The translations under genes and the position numbers were made by a program. Of a stretch of DNA of 64,000 nt, positions 26,295 through 37,800 are shown one piece after another (within the stretch, counting starts at the first letter, position 1; every line of letters starts with the position of its first letter). Origin of the DNA: Mobula hypostoma. Its lineage: Eukaryota. The stretch covers positions 127,784,001 to 127,848,000 of the forward strand of contig NC_086097.1 in NCBI RefSeq assembly GCF_963921235.1, given 5' to 3'. The notes beneath the pieces were generated by a model. That model was not told the DNA's origin, ran no database searches, and saw nothing but the letters and a program-made list of their open reading frames with translations.

Positions 26295-28445
26295 ATGACA
26301 GGGAAAGGAATAGCAGTAGAAATACTGAGTAAAATATTCCCGGTGTGTCAAGGTAAGATCGCGGAAATTTCAGAAAAATGGGAAAAAAGAACCAAAAATT
26401 TGGTCACGAAATGGCCGAAAGAAGGAACATTTGATGTAAGTTTATGTGAGGAAATGGAGGCGCTGATTAAAAATTACAAACCAAGAGATAAATCCAAGAA
26501 AAGAGAGAAAAAAAGAAAACAGCAGATAGAAGTGTTAAAACTCTTTACGATGGAGGGAGAAAGATTGAGAAAGAAAGGAAGAATATCAGTAGCAAGTAAA
26601 GAAGACACTGAGAAACAAGAAAAGCAGTCTGGTAAACCACAGGAGAAACAGAATAAGGAGCCGACTCTATACCCAGACCTGAGAAATGTAGAAACCTCTC
26701 CCCTTTATTACGAGAAGGAGACTCTTAAACAGTGCCCTGTATTATCAGGAGAACTAGAACTGGAGGGAAAGTTTAAATTCTGGGAGACCGAGGAGGAAAG
26801 AAGAAAATATGAGGAGGAGAGAGAGAGGCACTGTGGAAGGAGATGCAGGAAGACAAGAAAAAAGTAGAACGAGAAAGTAAGATAATAAGAGAACGTATCA
26901 AAGAGTTGTGGGAATTGAGACTGAGGAAAAGTCAGGAGGAATTCCTGTTACAGGAACACGACGCTGAACAGGCTAGAAGAGAAGATGATTTATCAGAAGA
27001 GCAAGAGTCAAGTAATGAGTATGAGGGTATAAGAGAGTGTAGACAGGGGATAGAAGAGTTGATCCTTGAAGGGAAAAAAGAGAGAGTGGAAAGGGAGATA
27101 AAAGAAGTGGAGAAAGAGTATAGGAGATTACAGCAGGAATTGGGTTTCCCACTGGGTTTCCAACAACAGTTTGAGGACTTCGCGAGGACCCGAGCAAATG
27201 CTAGCCTGAATCAGAAAGAGAGGACTCTAAGGAGATGTCAAGAGAAAATAGGAAAACAAGGGAGAGGGCAAACCCTGGAGAGATTTGTGTGGTAGCCAGT
27301 AAGAACGAGGTCAGAAGGGGATGAGGAGTCGGGTGAGGAGGAAAATCAGAATACGGGGAGAGAAGGAAAAAAAAGTGATGCCGTTGTTCGTAAAAGGGTC
27401 AGGACAAGTACGGTATGTTCCTTGGGGCTCCCAGGACCTGGAAGGGCTGAAAAACATCCTGCCTAGCTTACATGAAGGAGCAGGGAAGTGGATTAGACCC
27501 TTTGAAGAAGAAACTACGGGATGGTTATTGGCTATGGGAGATTTGAAGGCACTGCTGATAAGGTTGATGGGAACCTCCAAATTAAAAGAGCTGATGGAAA
27601 CGGCTGGACTACTAAATGCGTTCAGCCCAATGACTGACGGGACCAGCTTTGACCAAGTGAGGCAGGGGGTATGGCAGGCCCTCAGGAAGCTTTACCCACC
27701 CAAAGTGGACCCCAGCGCTTTGAAAGGGGATCCGCTGGGGAACACTGAGAATCCAGCAGCCTATGTAGAAAATCAGTTGAAAAGGTGGAGGCTGGAGACT
27801 GAGCAAGAAGTGGAAGGCAACTCGTTTATGACCATACTGTTCTGAACCACCATTTTGGACGCAATGCCTCTGCAAGTTAAATCTAAACTGGAGGAAGTGG
27901 TCGGACTGATGTCAATGAACTCACAAGAACTTAGAGACCACGTACTCCATGCGGTTGAGAAATATCGGAAAGACAAATGGAAGCTGATTGAGCAGCAGGA
28001 AGAGGTGCAAAGAAACCTAATGCAAATGCAGCTTGAAGAACTCAAAAAGAAGGAAAAGGAGAAGGGAAAAAAGATGCTGCCAGTAGCACCCGATTTGAGT
28101 GCAACCGTTGAAATGAATGAAACACCACTGTATGCAGGGACGGGTCGTGCAGTCAGACAGGGGCCAGAAAACCCCATGCCAAAAATAAATGTCTTTGGAG
28201 GAGCATTCCCACGAATGCCCTATCAGGAACAGAGTAAATTTAAACAGCAGCCCAGACAGGACTGGAAATCCCAAGGAGGGGGACAGAGAGGTTATGGACA
28301 AAGAGGGCCAGTGAGGAGACAAGGGGAGAGAGAGATAGCCAGACTGTGCTGGGGGTGTAACCAGCCAGGACACGTGAGAAGAGACTGTCCACTCAGGATA
28401 TGGCCCGTCACATACCAGCAGGGACCGATGAGAAGGGAACCGTAG
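26295..28445 (+). pseudogene. ERV gag
   Basis: WPKEGTFD matrix-like motif, YPDL late-domain motif, YVPW...LPSLHEGAGKWI capsid region and zinc knuckle CWGCNQPGHVRRDC. Interrupted by stops and a frameshift. Confidence 0.88.
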
Positions 28446-28484
28446 GTTAGCCAAGGACCAGCCCCCACAGGCTCAGGTGGACCC

Positions 28485-30030
28485 ATGAACCCCTACGCAA
28501 GATGCTGGGGGTGCCCAGAGAACCCAGGTGGGAAGGGACATTACCCAGTGATAACAAGGGAGGCGCAAGAGGAACCCATTGTTCAGGTTATGTTAGAAGG
28601 GCAGCTGACACCCATGATGATAGACACTGGAGCCACGTATACCTCTGTACAGCCACAGTATGCCCTTCGCCTTCCCATGTCAGGAAAATTTATTAAGACT
28701 GTAGGGTTCTCAGGGAAAACACAGTTAATACAATGTACAGCTCCAGTATGATCAGAGATGGGCAGTAAAAGAATAGTTCTGCCAGTATTAGTGTCCAAAG
28801 GAACCCTGATTAATTTGCTAGGCAGAGATGCACTATTAAAACTAGAATTAAAATTAGAATGCACTAGAAATGGGTTGAGCGTGGAAAGAGCGAATAGTCA
28901 GTTACTAGTGCGGGAAATCAAGAAAACTGATGTTTTCTGGGTAGGCGACATAGAAGATCAGATCTGGGAAACCTGGGAAAAATGGGAAAAGGGCGTGCAG
29001 GCCATATTGCCCAAGGCGGAAGCGCCCAAGTCTGAGTTACATTGCACAGTAATTTTTGACGAGACTGAGTAAAGAGTTAGAGGAGAGATGGCACGAGGGG
29101 ACATGCACCCGGCAGCACCTAAGAGGAGAGGCTATAATAATTGGAAAGCAAGGGGCAGCCCTACAAGTCAGGTGGAATACCTTCTTGGAGATATGGTATA
29201 GAATACCGGAGGCTGTGCCCCACATAACGTTGCTGGTGAATGAAGGATACCAGTCTAAAGACCTAGGTCCCTTAGTAAAGCGCGTTGGAACTGTAATGGT
29301 TTGGAGGAAAATCATGCTGGAGGTATGGGCATCGGGAGACAACAACTACATTAGAATAGTGGTAGATATAAATATGACAGGAACTATAAAGGAGCTCGAA
29401 GTAATTCCTCAGCCGCACATGTCACTATTGGAAAAGGAGAAAAGACAGGGAAAAGATAACAGGCTGGATAGGTTACCATCTATTCTGTGGTTGCAACATG
29501 ACACGGACGTAGGGAGAATACAAACAGCAAGTCCGGTAGAAATAAAACTGAAAAAGGGAGCAGTTCCACCTTGGAGACCACAATGCCCTCTAAGACCAGA
29601 AGCAGAGGAGGGAATAGCGCCCACGATACAGGGGTTGCTCGAAGCAGGTGTACTTAAGAGGATAGATAGTCCATATAATACCCCGCTGCTGCCCATCTTA
29701 AAAGCGGACAAATCCAAATGGAGACTGGTACATGACTTAAGAGCGGTAACTGAGGTAGTGGAGGACCGGCCAGCTGTAGTTCCCAACCCGCATACGCTTT
29801 TGACTAATGTTCCGCCGGAATCAAGCTATTTTTCAGTGACTGATTTGTGCTCTGCTTTCTTCAGCATTCCCCTGGCCGATCAGTGTCAGTATCTATTTGC
29901 ATTTACATACAGAGATAACCAGTATACCCATACTAGAATGCCACAAGGATTTAAGCACCCACCGCAGTTCAAGTAGAAGGACGTTCCACCTGCTACCATC
30001 TCAAGCACTGCACCAGAGCAGTCCTGCAGG
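28485..30030 (+). pseudogene. ERV pol: protease, 2H-phosphoesterase-like domain, RT N-half joined to integrase tail
   Basis: MIDTGATYT...NLLGRD, LHCT and PHITL, SPYNTPLLPI-WRLVHDLRAV-DLCSAFFSIPL-TRMPQGFK, then TAVQVEGRSTCYHLKHC. Same frame as the gag end. Confidence 0.88.
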
Positions 30031-30149
30031 TACAGTCAGGTGTGGAGCTCGAGGTAAGTGGTGATGAGGAATGAATAACAGGGGACAGACAAGAAGAACA
30101 AGAAGTTGTCACTGTACACAGGAGTTTGATCAGACGATAAGGGAAGTTT

Positions 30150-31809
30150 TTGGTTTTGAGAGCAGGTCTGATGACCCTCAGAATGGGGTTGTGGGTAGTA
30201 GTACTCCTTCAGACAGTGAGGATGACTTGGGAGCGACCAGTCTTGCCCCTTGGGATGATACACCCACAAACCCCTGTATGGACTTGGAAACCATTAATTT
30301 GGCTGATATGGCATAGGAATGTTAGGACTCCGCAAACCTTAAAAGAAAGGAGTAAGCGGAGTGCAACAGTTACCTCTTTGCAGTGGCAACAGACACGTAC
30401 TAGCCAGTGGTACCAATGGGCACAATGCACAGCAGGAATGATGGAGAGACAGAATTGTTATCCGTGCTCCAGGGCGAAGCCCGTGCAATACGCAGCCCCC
30501 ATGCCTTATAACTCCTCCACCTGCACGCAGTGGCAAAAGGAGCAGAGGGGGCAGTGTGCACGGCACTGTCCGAGTGTAAAGACTTGCAGCATGGGGATTT
30601 GTAGCGGGACGGATCCTTGTTATCAGAAATGTATTGACAACACCCTATATTGCCCTTATTGGTGTATGCTATCCCAAGTCTCCTCGCAATTCGATCGAAA
30701 TGTGCTCGCCCATAAATGTAATTATAGCAGACCTTGGGCCACTAGTAAAAGAAGTTAGACCCCCGCAGTAGGATAATTGATAATGCAGGATCATTTGAAT
30801 TATGAATGTTTTACATGGACAGGTGCTTTTTCGGTTGGCCACTTTAGGGGTAACTGCGTGCAGACTTGGGATGTAACCCCAGGCCGAAGATACATAGTAG
30901 GTACTCCTCCACCCGAAGGTGTGTTGGATGTCCAGAACATCCCATTAGCGGACACTTGGTGGTTGTGCGGAATGGAGGAAGGCCCGAGATCCACGCTTCC
31001 CCTTAGTTGGGCAGGTACATGTACACGGGCTATGCTGATTCAAGAAGTTGTCGTATCCCCGAAGTACAATTTGACGCTCTGAAGCAGCAGAGGCGAAAAT
31101 ATGAACCTGACCCAACGATCCGAATCGATAGTATAGGACAGCCAAGAGGTATACCTAACGAGTTCAAGGCAAGAAACGAGATTGCTGCTGGCTGGGAAGC
31201 GATTATACCTGTAATAGGGGTTAGCAAAAACGTTGCGTGGATAAACTATATATATTATAATCAACAGAGATTCATTAACTACACCGATGATGCGCTGGAG
31301 GCACTAGGACAACAACTGGCTGCAACTAGTAGAGTGGTGTGGCAGAATAGACAGGTGTTAGACTGGCTGCTGGCAGAAAAAGGAGGAGTTTTGGAGAACA
31401 GTGCTGTACTTTTATACCAAATAACACGAGTCCGGAGGGATCATTTACCAGAGCAATGAACAAATTGAAAAGTCTGAGAGGAGGAGTTAGACAGAATGCA
31501 GGGTTCGGACATCAGTTACTTGACTGGTTAGATAGTAAACTAGGGGGATGGGGAGCATGGTTAACTAAGATAGCGATAACTGTAGGTATTGTATTGGTAA
31601 GCTGTGTGATTGTTTTGTGCTGTTTTCTTCCATGTCTCAAGTCTCTTATAGTGCGGGCCGCAACAAAACGCTTTCCGATGCTCTTGGAAATTGCTGAATC
31701 AAGCCCAGTGGAAAGAGAAATACTGATGATGTATTGTTACAGGTTACACGACATGCAAGATGTACAGGAGGGAAATGATAATGTGGGAGTAGACTGTAAA
31801 GGCTCCTGA
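30150..31809 (+). pseudogene. ERV env (gamma-type TM with immunosuppressive domain)
   Basis: Hydrophobic leader, RSKR, NCYPC, WWLCG, IDSIGQPRGIPNEFKARNEI, ISD QNRQVLDWLLAEKGG, QCCTFIPNNT and a membrane anchor IAITVGIVLVSCVIVLCC. Confidence 0.9.
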
Positions 31810-32014
31810 GTCTTTTTTCCTGTCTCAGACACGAAGGGACAGGCTTTTGGCTCAGTGGCCTAGGAAGGTAGGGAGAGAACACTTCGAGTTCTAAGCACAA
31901 GAAATTATAGTTTGACCCAGATTTGGGAGTAAATTCTGGAGTTTATTTGAGCTTTTGTTTGTGGACTCGTAGTTTCCTCTCTCTGTGAGACCTTATAGAT
32001 CTCAACGGAGGGAT

Positions 32015-32430
32015 TATATTGGAAAATATTGTAGCACTCTGTTTTCTAAGTGTTTATTTTAGTGTGCTCTTATTGCACATCAAGTGTTTATTCAGGTGTT
32101 TATTATGCATTAAGTGTCTGTTATTGAGTGTGTAGGGGATTAGTATGGTATTTCAACTATGTAACCATTGAACGAAACCTGTGTACTTTTGACCTCTTGA
32201 GAAAGAAGAATTTAACCAAGTAGATTGATTTATTAGCTAGAGTAAAACTTACAGTGATCTACTAATGCTGTTAACCCAGAAGGAGGCTTATAAAAAATGC
32301 TGTGTGAGAGAGGCAGGTAGACTTACAGAGGCTAGCCCACTGTCTGTGTCAGTTTTGATTTGCAAATTAAAGTTTAAAATTTCTTGCAGAATCTTCGGCG
32401 TTTCCTTTGTCATTTTGTAAAACCACGACA
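32015..32430 (+). repeat. ERV 3' LTR
   Basis: Follows purine tract AACGGAGGGA. TATAAAAA at ~32289, ATTAAA at ~32366, and ends in ...CACGACA. The left boundary is approximate. Confidence 0.75.
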
Positions 32431-33254
32431 GGCGACACTTCATCTGTGAGTCAGCTGGGGTGATATGCTGCGTCCGGTGCTCCCGATGTGGTCTTCTATA
32501 TATTGGCGACCATTCAGGGCCCCAGATAGTCCTTCCACGTGAGGCGACACTTCACCTGTGAGTCAGCTGGGGTGATATACTGCGTCCAGTGCTCCCGATG
32601 TGGCCTTCTATATATTGACGAGACCCGACGCAGACTGGGAGATCGTTTTGCTGAACACCTACGCTCTGTCCGCCAGAGAAAGCAGAATCTCCCAGTGGCC
32701 ACACATTTTAATTCCACATCCCATTCCCATTCTGATATGTCTATCCACAGCCTGCTCTACTGTAAAGATGAAGCCACACTCAGGTTGGAGGAACAACACC
32801 TTATATTCCGTCTGGGTAGCCTCCAACCTGATGGCATGAACATTGACTTCTCTAACTTCTGCTAATGCCCCACCTCCCCCTCGTACCCCATCTGTTACTT
32901 ATTTATATATACACATTCTTTCTCTCTCTCTCCTTTTTCTCCCTCTGTCCCTCTGACTATACCCCTTGCCCATCCTCTGGGTTTTTTCCCTCCCTCCCCC
33001 TTTTCCTTATCCCTAGGCCTCCTGTCCCATGATCCTCTCATATCCCTTTTGCCAATCATCTGTCCAGATCTTGGCTCCATCCCTCCCCCTCCTGTCTTCT
33101 CCTATCATTTTGGATCTCCCCCTCCCCCTCCCACTTTCAAATCCCTTACTAGCTCTTCTTTCAGTTAGTCCTGATGAAGGGTCTCGGCCCAAAACGTTGA
33201 CTGTACCTCTTCCTAGAGATGCTGCCTGGCCTGCTGCGTTCACCAGCAACTTTG
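32431..33254 (+). mobile_element. Penelope-like element 3' part: GIY-YIG endonuclease and pseudo-LTR
   Basis: FTCESAGVIYCVQCSRCGLLYIDETRRRLGDRFAEH...EEQHLIFRLGSLQPDGMN, a pyrimidine-rich UTR and a hammerhead. TSD at 33255-33268. Confidence 0.93.
33167..33202 (+). ncRNA. Minimal hammerhead ribozyme motif, core-mutated copy
   Basis: AGTC-CTGATGA-AGGGTCTCGGCCC-AAAA-CGTT-GACT. The GAAA box has become AAAA. Confidence 0.7.
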
Positions 33255-33519
33255 ATTTGGCTCATTGAGTCTGCTCTGCCATTTCGTCTTGGCTGACCTA
33301 TTTTATCCTCTCAGCCCCAGACTCCAGTTTTCTCCCCCAACCCCCTTTTCATATTCCTTCATGCTCTGACCAGTCAAGAATCTATCAACCGCCGCCTTAA
33401 GAATACATAAAGACTTGGCCTCCACAGCTGCCTGTGGAGGTCAAATTCCACAGATTCACCACTCTTCAACTACCATGAACTTATTTCCAATGAAACTGGC
33501 CTCAGGCTCCAAACTGGGT

Positions 33520-34128
33520 ACAGATGTCGAGTATAACTAATGTTTCGATAATAAACTCTGCCATAAGGAAGTTCAAGTCACAGCTTATGCAGGTCGAAGA
33601 TGACCTGGGACTCAGGTCAGCTGGTGTCTACTGGATTCCCTGTGAATGTGGAACAGCGAATATTGGCCAGACAGGATGCATGGTGGAAACCCGCATTAAG
33701 GAGCACAGGAGGTTGCCTGGAGAAATCGGCAGTAGCGGAACACTGCATTAGCGAAAGCTTTAGCATTGACTTCAATGGCACTGAACTACTGTGCCGTGCC
33801 AATGGCTTTTGTATCCACTTGGTTACGAAAGCCATTTAAATAAACTAGAGGAAAAGAATTTAAACAAAGGTGAAGGCCTCACTCTAAGTAAAAAAGTGGA
33901 ATTCAGTTGTAAACAAAGTGGGAGAGTGGAAACCTGATTGGATGAGGACTAAACAATCAGGAGGGATGGACTACGGGGCTATAAATGCCACTGGACTAGA
34001 CATGCCCACGCATTATCCCTGAAGAAGATGGCAGAGTCTATCATTGAAATGTCAGTTATAATCGATATCTGTACCCGGCTAGAAGCCCGAGAAGAGTTTA
34101 TTCATCATATATGCTGGAAAAACACTCG
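33520..34128 (+). mobile_element. Second Penelope-like family, GIY-YIG 3' fragment
   Basis: AGVYWIPCECGTANIGQTG..VETRIKEH and EKSAVAEH. Hammerhead-like CTGAAGA..stem..GAAATGTC at 34019-34053. Confidence 0.85.
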
Positions 34129-37100
34129 ATCTTTTTTATTTCTTTTTTCTTTTTTTATTCTTTTTCAATATTTTTTATTAATTTTCTACATAGGAGAAGA
34201 TAGAGTTCAAGAAATATATCAAATACATTATACTGAACCGCACATATAAACTCCTTATTCTATATTCATACAAATTGATTAATTCATAATATTGAAATAT
34301 AGTAAATTTATTATGTGGAGAAAAATCTAACCCACTACCGAGACTGAAGCTGATTAGTAAAGAAGAAAAAAGAAAAGAATATATATTATTAGCCATCATC
34401 TGTGCTTTAATGACAAATCAAAGGTTTTGAAAATAGTTCAAAAAGTTCCCTACAATGTTTGAAAGTCTTGATTAGATTCAGAAATTGAACACTGAATCTT
34501 CTCTAAATTTAAACATGACATCACATCATGCAGCCATTGAACATGAATGAGCGGGACTGCATCTTTCCTTTTAAGCAAGAGCGTCCTCCTAGCCATAATA
34601 GAAATAAAAGCCAAAATGTGCAAATCAGATTTCTCCAAAATAATATCCTTTCCTCCAACAATACCAAATAAAGCAGTCAAAGGATTCAGCTTAAAATTTA
34701 CTTTAAAAAGTACCAAGAAGGTTTGAAATACTTCTTTCCAATCTTTTTCAAGACTCGGACATGTCCAAAACATATGAATAAGTGAAGCTTCTCCATTATT
34801 ACATTTATCACAACAAGGAGATATATCCAAATAAAAGTGAGACGACTTATCCTTGGTCATATGAGCCTTATGGACCACTTTAAATTGTAGGAGACAGTGG
34901 TGAGCACATAACGATGAAGTGTTAACCAATTTAAAAATTTCATTCCAAGTTTCCTCAGAAATTGAAGCCTGTAAGATTTGTTCCCAAAGATTTTTAATTT
35001 TATCTAAAGGAACACTTCTCATTCCTAGCAACATATTATAAATATTAGATATAGATCCATTATAAAAAGATTTCAAATTAAAAATTACATCTAGTAGATT
35101 CTTACCAGGACTTTTAGGAAATGTACATATTTGAGACCGTAAAAAGTCTCTTATTTGTAAATATCGAAAAAAGTGAATTTTGGGTAAGCTATGTTTTGCT
35201 GACAGTGCTCAAACGAAAGGAGACTTCCCTCCACAAACAAGTCCTGGAAGCATTTAATACCTAATCTACCCCATTCTTTAAAAGCCACATCTATCATAGA
35301 AGATTTTAAAAAAAGTAGTAAAAAATGGGACTTGAAAGAGAAAATTTCAATAAGCCAAAGTATTTTCAGAATTGTACCCAAATTCTCATAGTATGTTTAA
35401 CTACCAAATTGTCAGTTAACTTACTCAGTGATAAAGGAAGTGAGGATCCAAGAAGAGAAATAATAGAAAATGTATTAACAAAGTTGGCTTCTAAAGAAAC
35501 CCATATCGGACAATCCTCATGATTAATGTAATATAACCAAAATGTAAGATTACGTATATTAACTGCCCAATTATAAAACCTAAGGTTTGGTAAAGCTAGC
35601 CCTCCATTCTTTTTAGCTTTCTGAAGATGAATTTTGTTTAGTTCAGAACGCTTATTTTTCCATATATAGGATGATATAATAGAATCAAGAGAAACAAAAA
35701 AAGATTTTGGGATAAAAACAGATAATGCCTGAAAAAGATATATAAATTTAAGTAAAATATTCATTTTAGTAGAATTAATTCGACCAATCAATGATAATGA
35801 GACAGGTGACCAATTGGATAGTGTCCTTTTTACATAATTCAATGGGGTAAAAAAATTTTCTTTAAATAAGCACTTACAATTTTTAGTAATTGTTATAATG
35901 AAGTATGTAAATTGGTGTCTTACAATTTTAAAAGGATGGTTAGAATTAGTTGATATCCAATTATTCAAAGAAAGAAGTTCACTCTTAGGTAAATTCAGTT
36001 TATAGCCTGAGAACTGGCTAAAACAGGAGAGTAAAGAAAGCGCATGGGATAACAAAGTCTCAACATTAGGAATAAAGAGCAATAGATCATCAGCATAAAG
36101 AGAAACTTTGTGGATAGTGCCTCTCCTTAGAATACCAGTGATATCATCAGATTCTCGAAAGGCTGTGGCTAAGGGTTCTAAAGCCAGATCAAAAAGCAAA
36201 GGACTCAACGGACAGCCTTATCTGGTGCCACGTTGAAGCTTAAATGGTTTGAAGTTCTGAGAATTAGTAATAACCCTAGCGGAGGGAGCTAAATAAAGTA
36301 ATTTAATCCATTGAATGGAATCAGGTCCAAAATTGAATTTTTCTAAAATTTTAAATAAATAATTACATTCAACTCTGTCAAAAGCCTTCTCAGTGACTAG
36401 GGGTACCACCCATTCCAATATCTCCTTAGAAGGAGAATAGATAACATTTAATAAATGATGAATATTAAAATGAGAATATCGATTTTTGATAAATTCAGTC
36501 TGATTATCAGAAAGGACAGATGGTAAAATATCTTCAATCCTACAGGCCAGAACTTTAGATAGAATCTTAGTATCAATATCAAGTAAAGAAATTGGTCTAT
36601 AGGAAAAGCATTCAATTGGATCCTTATTCTTTTTGAGGATAAGCGAAATGGAAGCCTCACAGAAAGATTGAGGCAGCCTGCCCAACTTAAATGAATCCAA
36701 GAAAACTGAACATAAATGAGGTATAAGCAGTGAGGAACAGGTCTTATAAAACTCTCCAGGAAATTCATCTGGACCTGGAGCTTTCCTCGAGTGCAATGAG
36801 CGCACAGCCTCGACAATTTCCTCAAAAGCAATAGGTTGTTCCAACGGCTTTCTGTTGTCAACAGAGATTGTGGGAATGTTTAATTGGTCCAAAAAAATTG
36901 TTCATTACAGTGCTATCCTTAAGAGAGTCAGAGCTATAGAGTCCAGAATAAAATTCTCTAGAAGTATCATTTATTTCTAAATGATCAGTTATCCTATCAC
37001 CTTTAGCTTTACTGTCATGGTCCGGTCCGTGAAATCTGCATTCCGGTTCATGGTCTGGTCCGTGGACTCAGGACTCTGGGTCTTCCAGCTGTCCCTTGTT

Positions 37101-37444
37101 TGAATTAATCATAGGCACCTGATTCCCATCTTTGGGCTTGCAATATAAGTAGCCTTGGGATTGAGTGTGGGCTGCTGGTTTGTCTCGTCAGTCCCCTTTG
37201 GAGCAACTGCTGATGGAAGGCTAGTGAAACCATTTGTGATCTCTAGGCCTGGTTGGAGGACCACTGCTTCATGGAGCCTTGTTGCCACTTGTTGGAGTGG
37301 TCTTTGCGGTATGGATTCGGCTGTTTCCCGAGCCAGCTGAGTGGCTGCCAGCCACTCCAAGCTAGGTAGGGATCTGGCTGTTTCCATAGCCAGCTGAGGT
37401 TGCTGGCCAAACTGAGACTCGGAGCTTCTCCAGAGCAGAGATGG

Positions 37445-37800
37445 AACTGTCTGTCATTCTTTGGTGTTTGTCTTGTCTTGTCCTCGCCTCTGTGGGGTAA
37501 GCCAGGCTGTTTTGCCATTGCCCTGCAGGGGGGGAGGGGATCTGTCTTGTCTTATCCTCGCCTCCATGGGGTCTGTCAGGCCGTCTTGCCATTGTCCCAC
37601 AGGGGGTTCATGTCTTGTCTTGTCTTATCCTTGCCTCTGTGGGGTAAGTCAGGCCATCTTGCTGTTGCCCTGCGGGGGGGTCATGTCTTGTCTTGTCTTG
37701 TCCTCGCCTCCGTGGGGGTAAGTCATCTTGCCGTTGCCCTGCTGGGGGACATGTCTTGTCATTGCCTCTGTTGGGTAAGTCTAGCTGTCCTGCCGTTATC
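37445..37800. repeat. Tandem repeat, ~60-75-bp unit, ~5 copies
   Basis: Recurrent TGTCTTGTCTTGTCCTCGCCTC..TGGGGTAAG..TTGCC.TTGCCCTGC.GGGGG. Confidence 0.85.

Larger units (their letters stand above)
26108..32430 (+). mobile_element. Endogenous retrovirus, fish class I type (ZFERV/SSSV/epsilon-related), lacking the 5' LTR, with an internal pol deletion
   Basis: gag, PR, partial RT, IN tail, env, PPT and 3' LTR in order. Multiple stops and frameshifts. Confidence 0.92.

Noticed and set aside
30150..31809. Domesticated (syncytin-like) env gene
   Set aside because: An in-frame stop at ~30756 and at least two frameshifts, one removing the first Cys of CX6CC.
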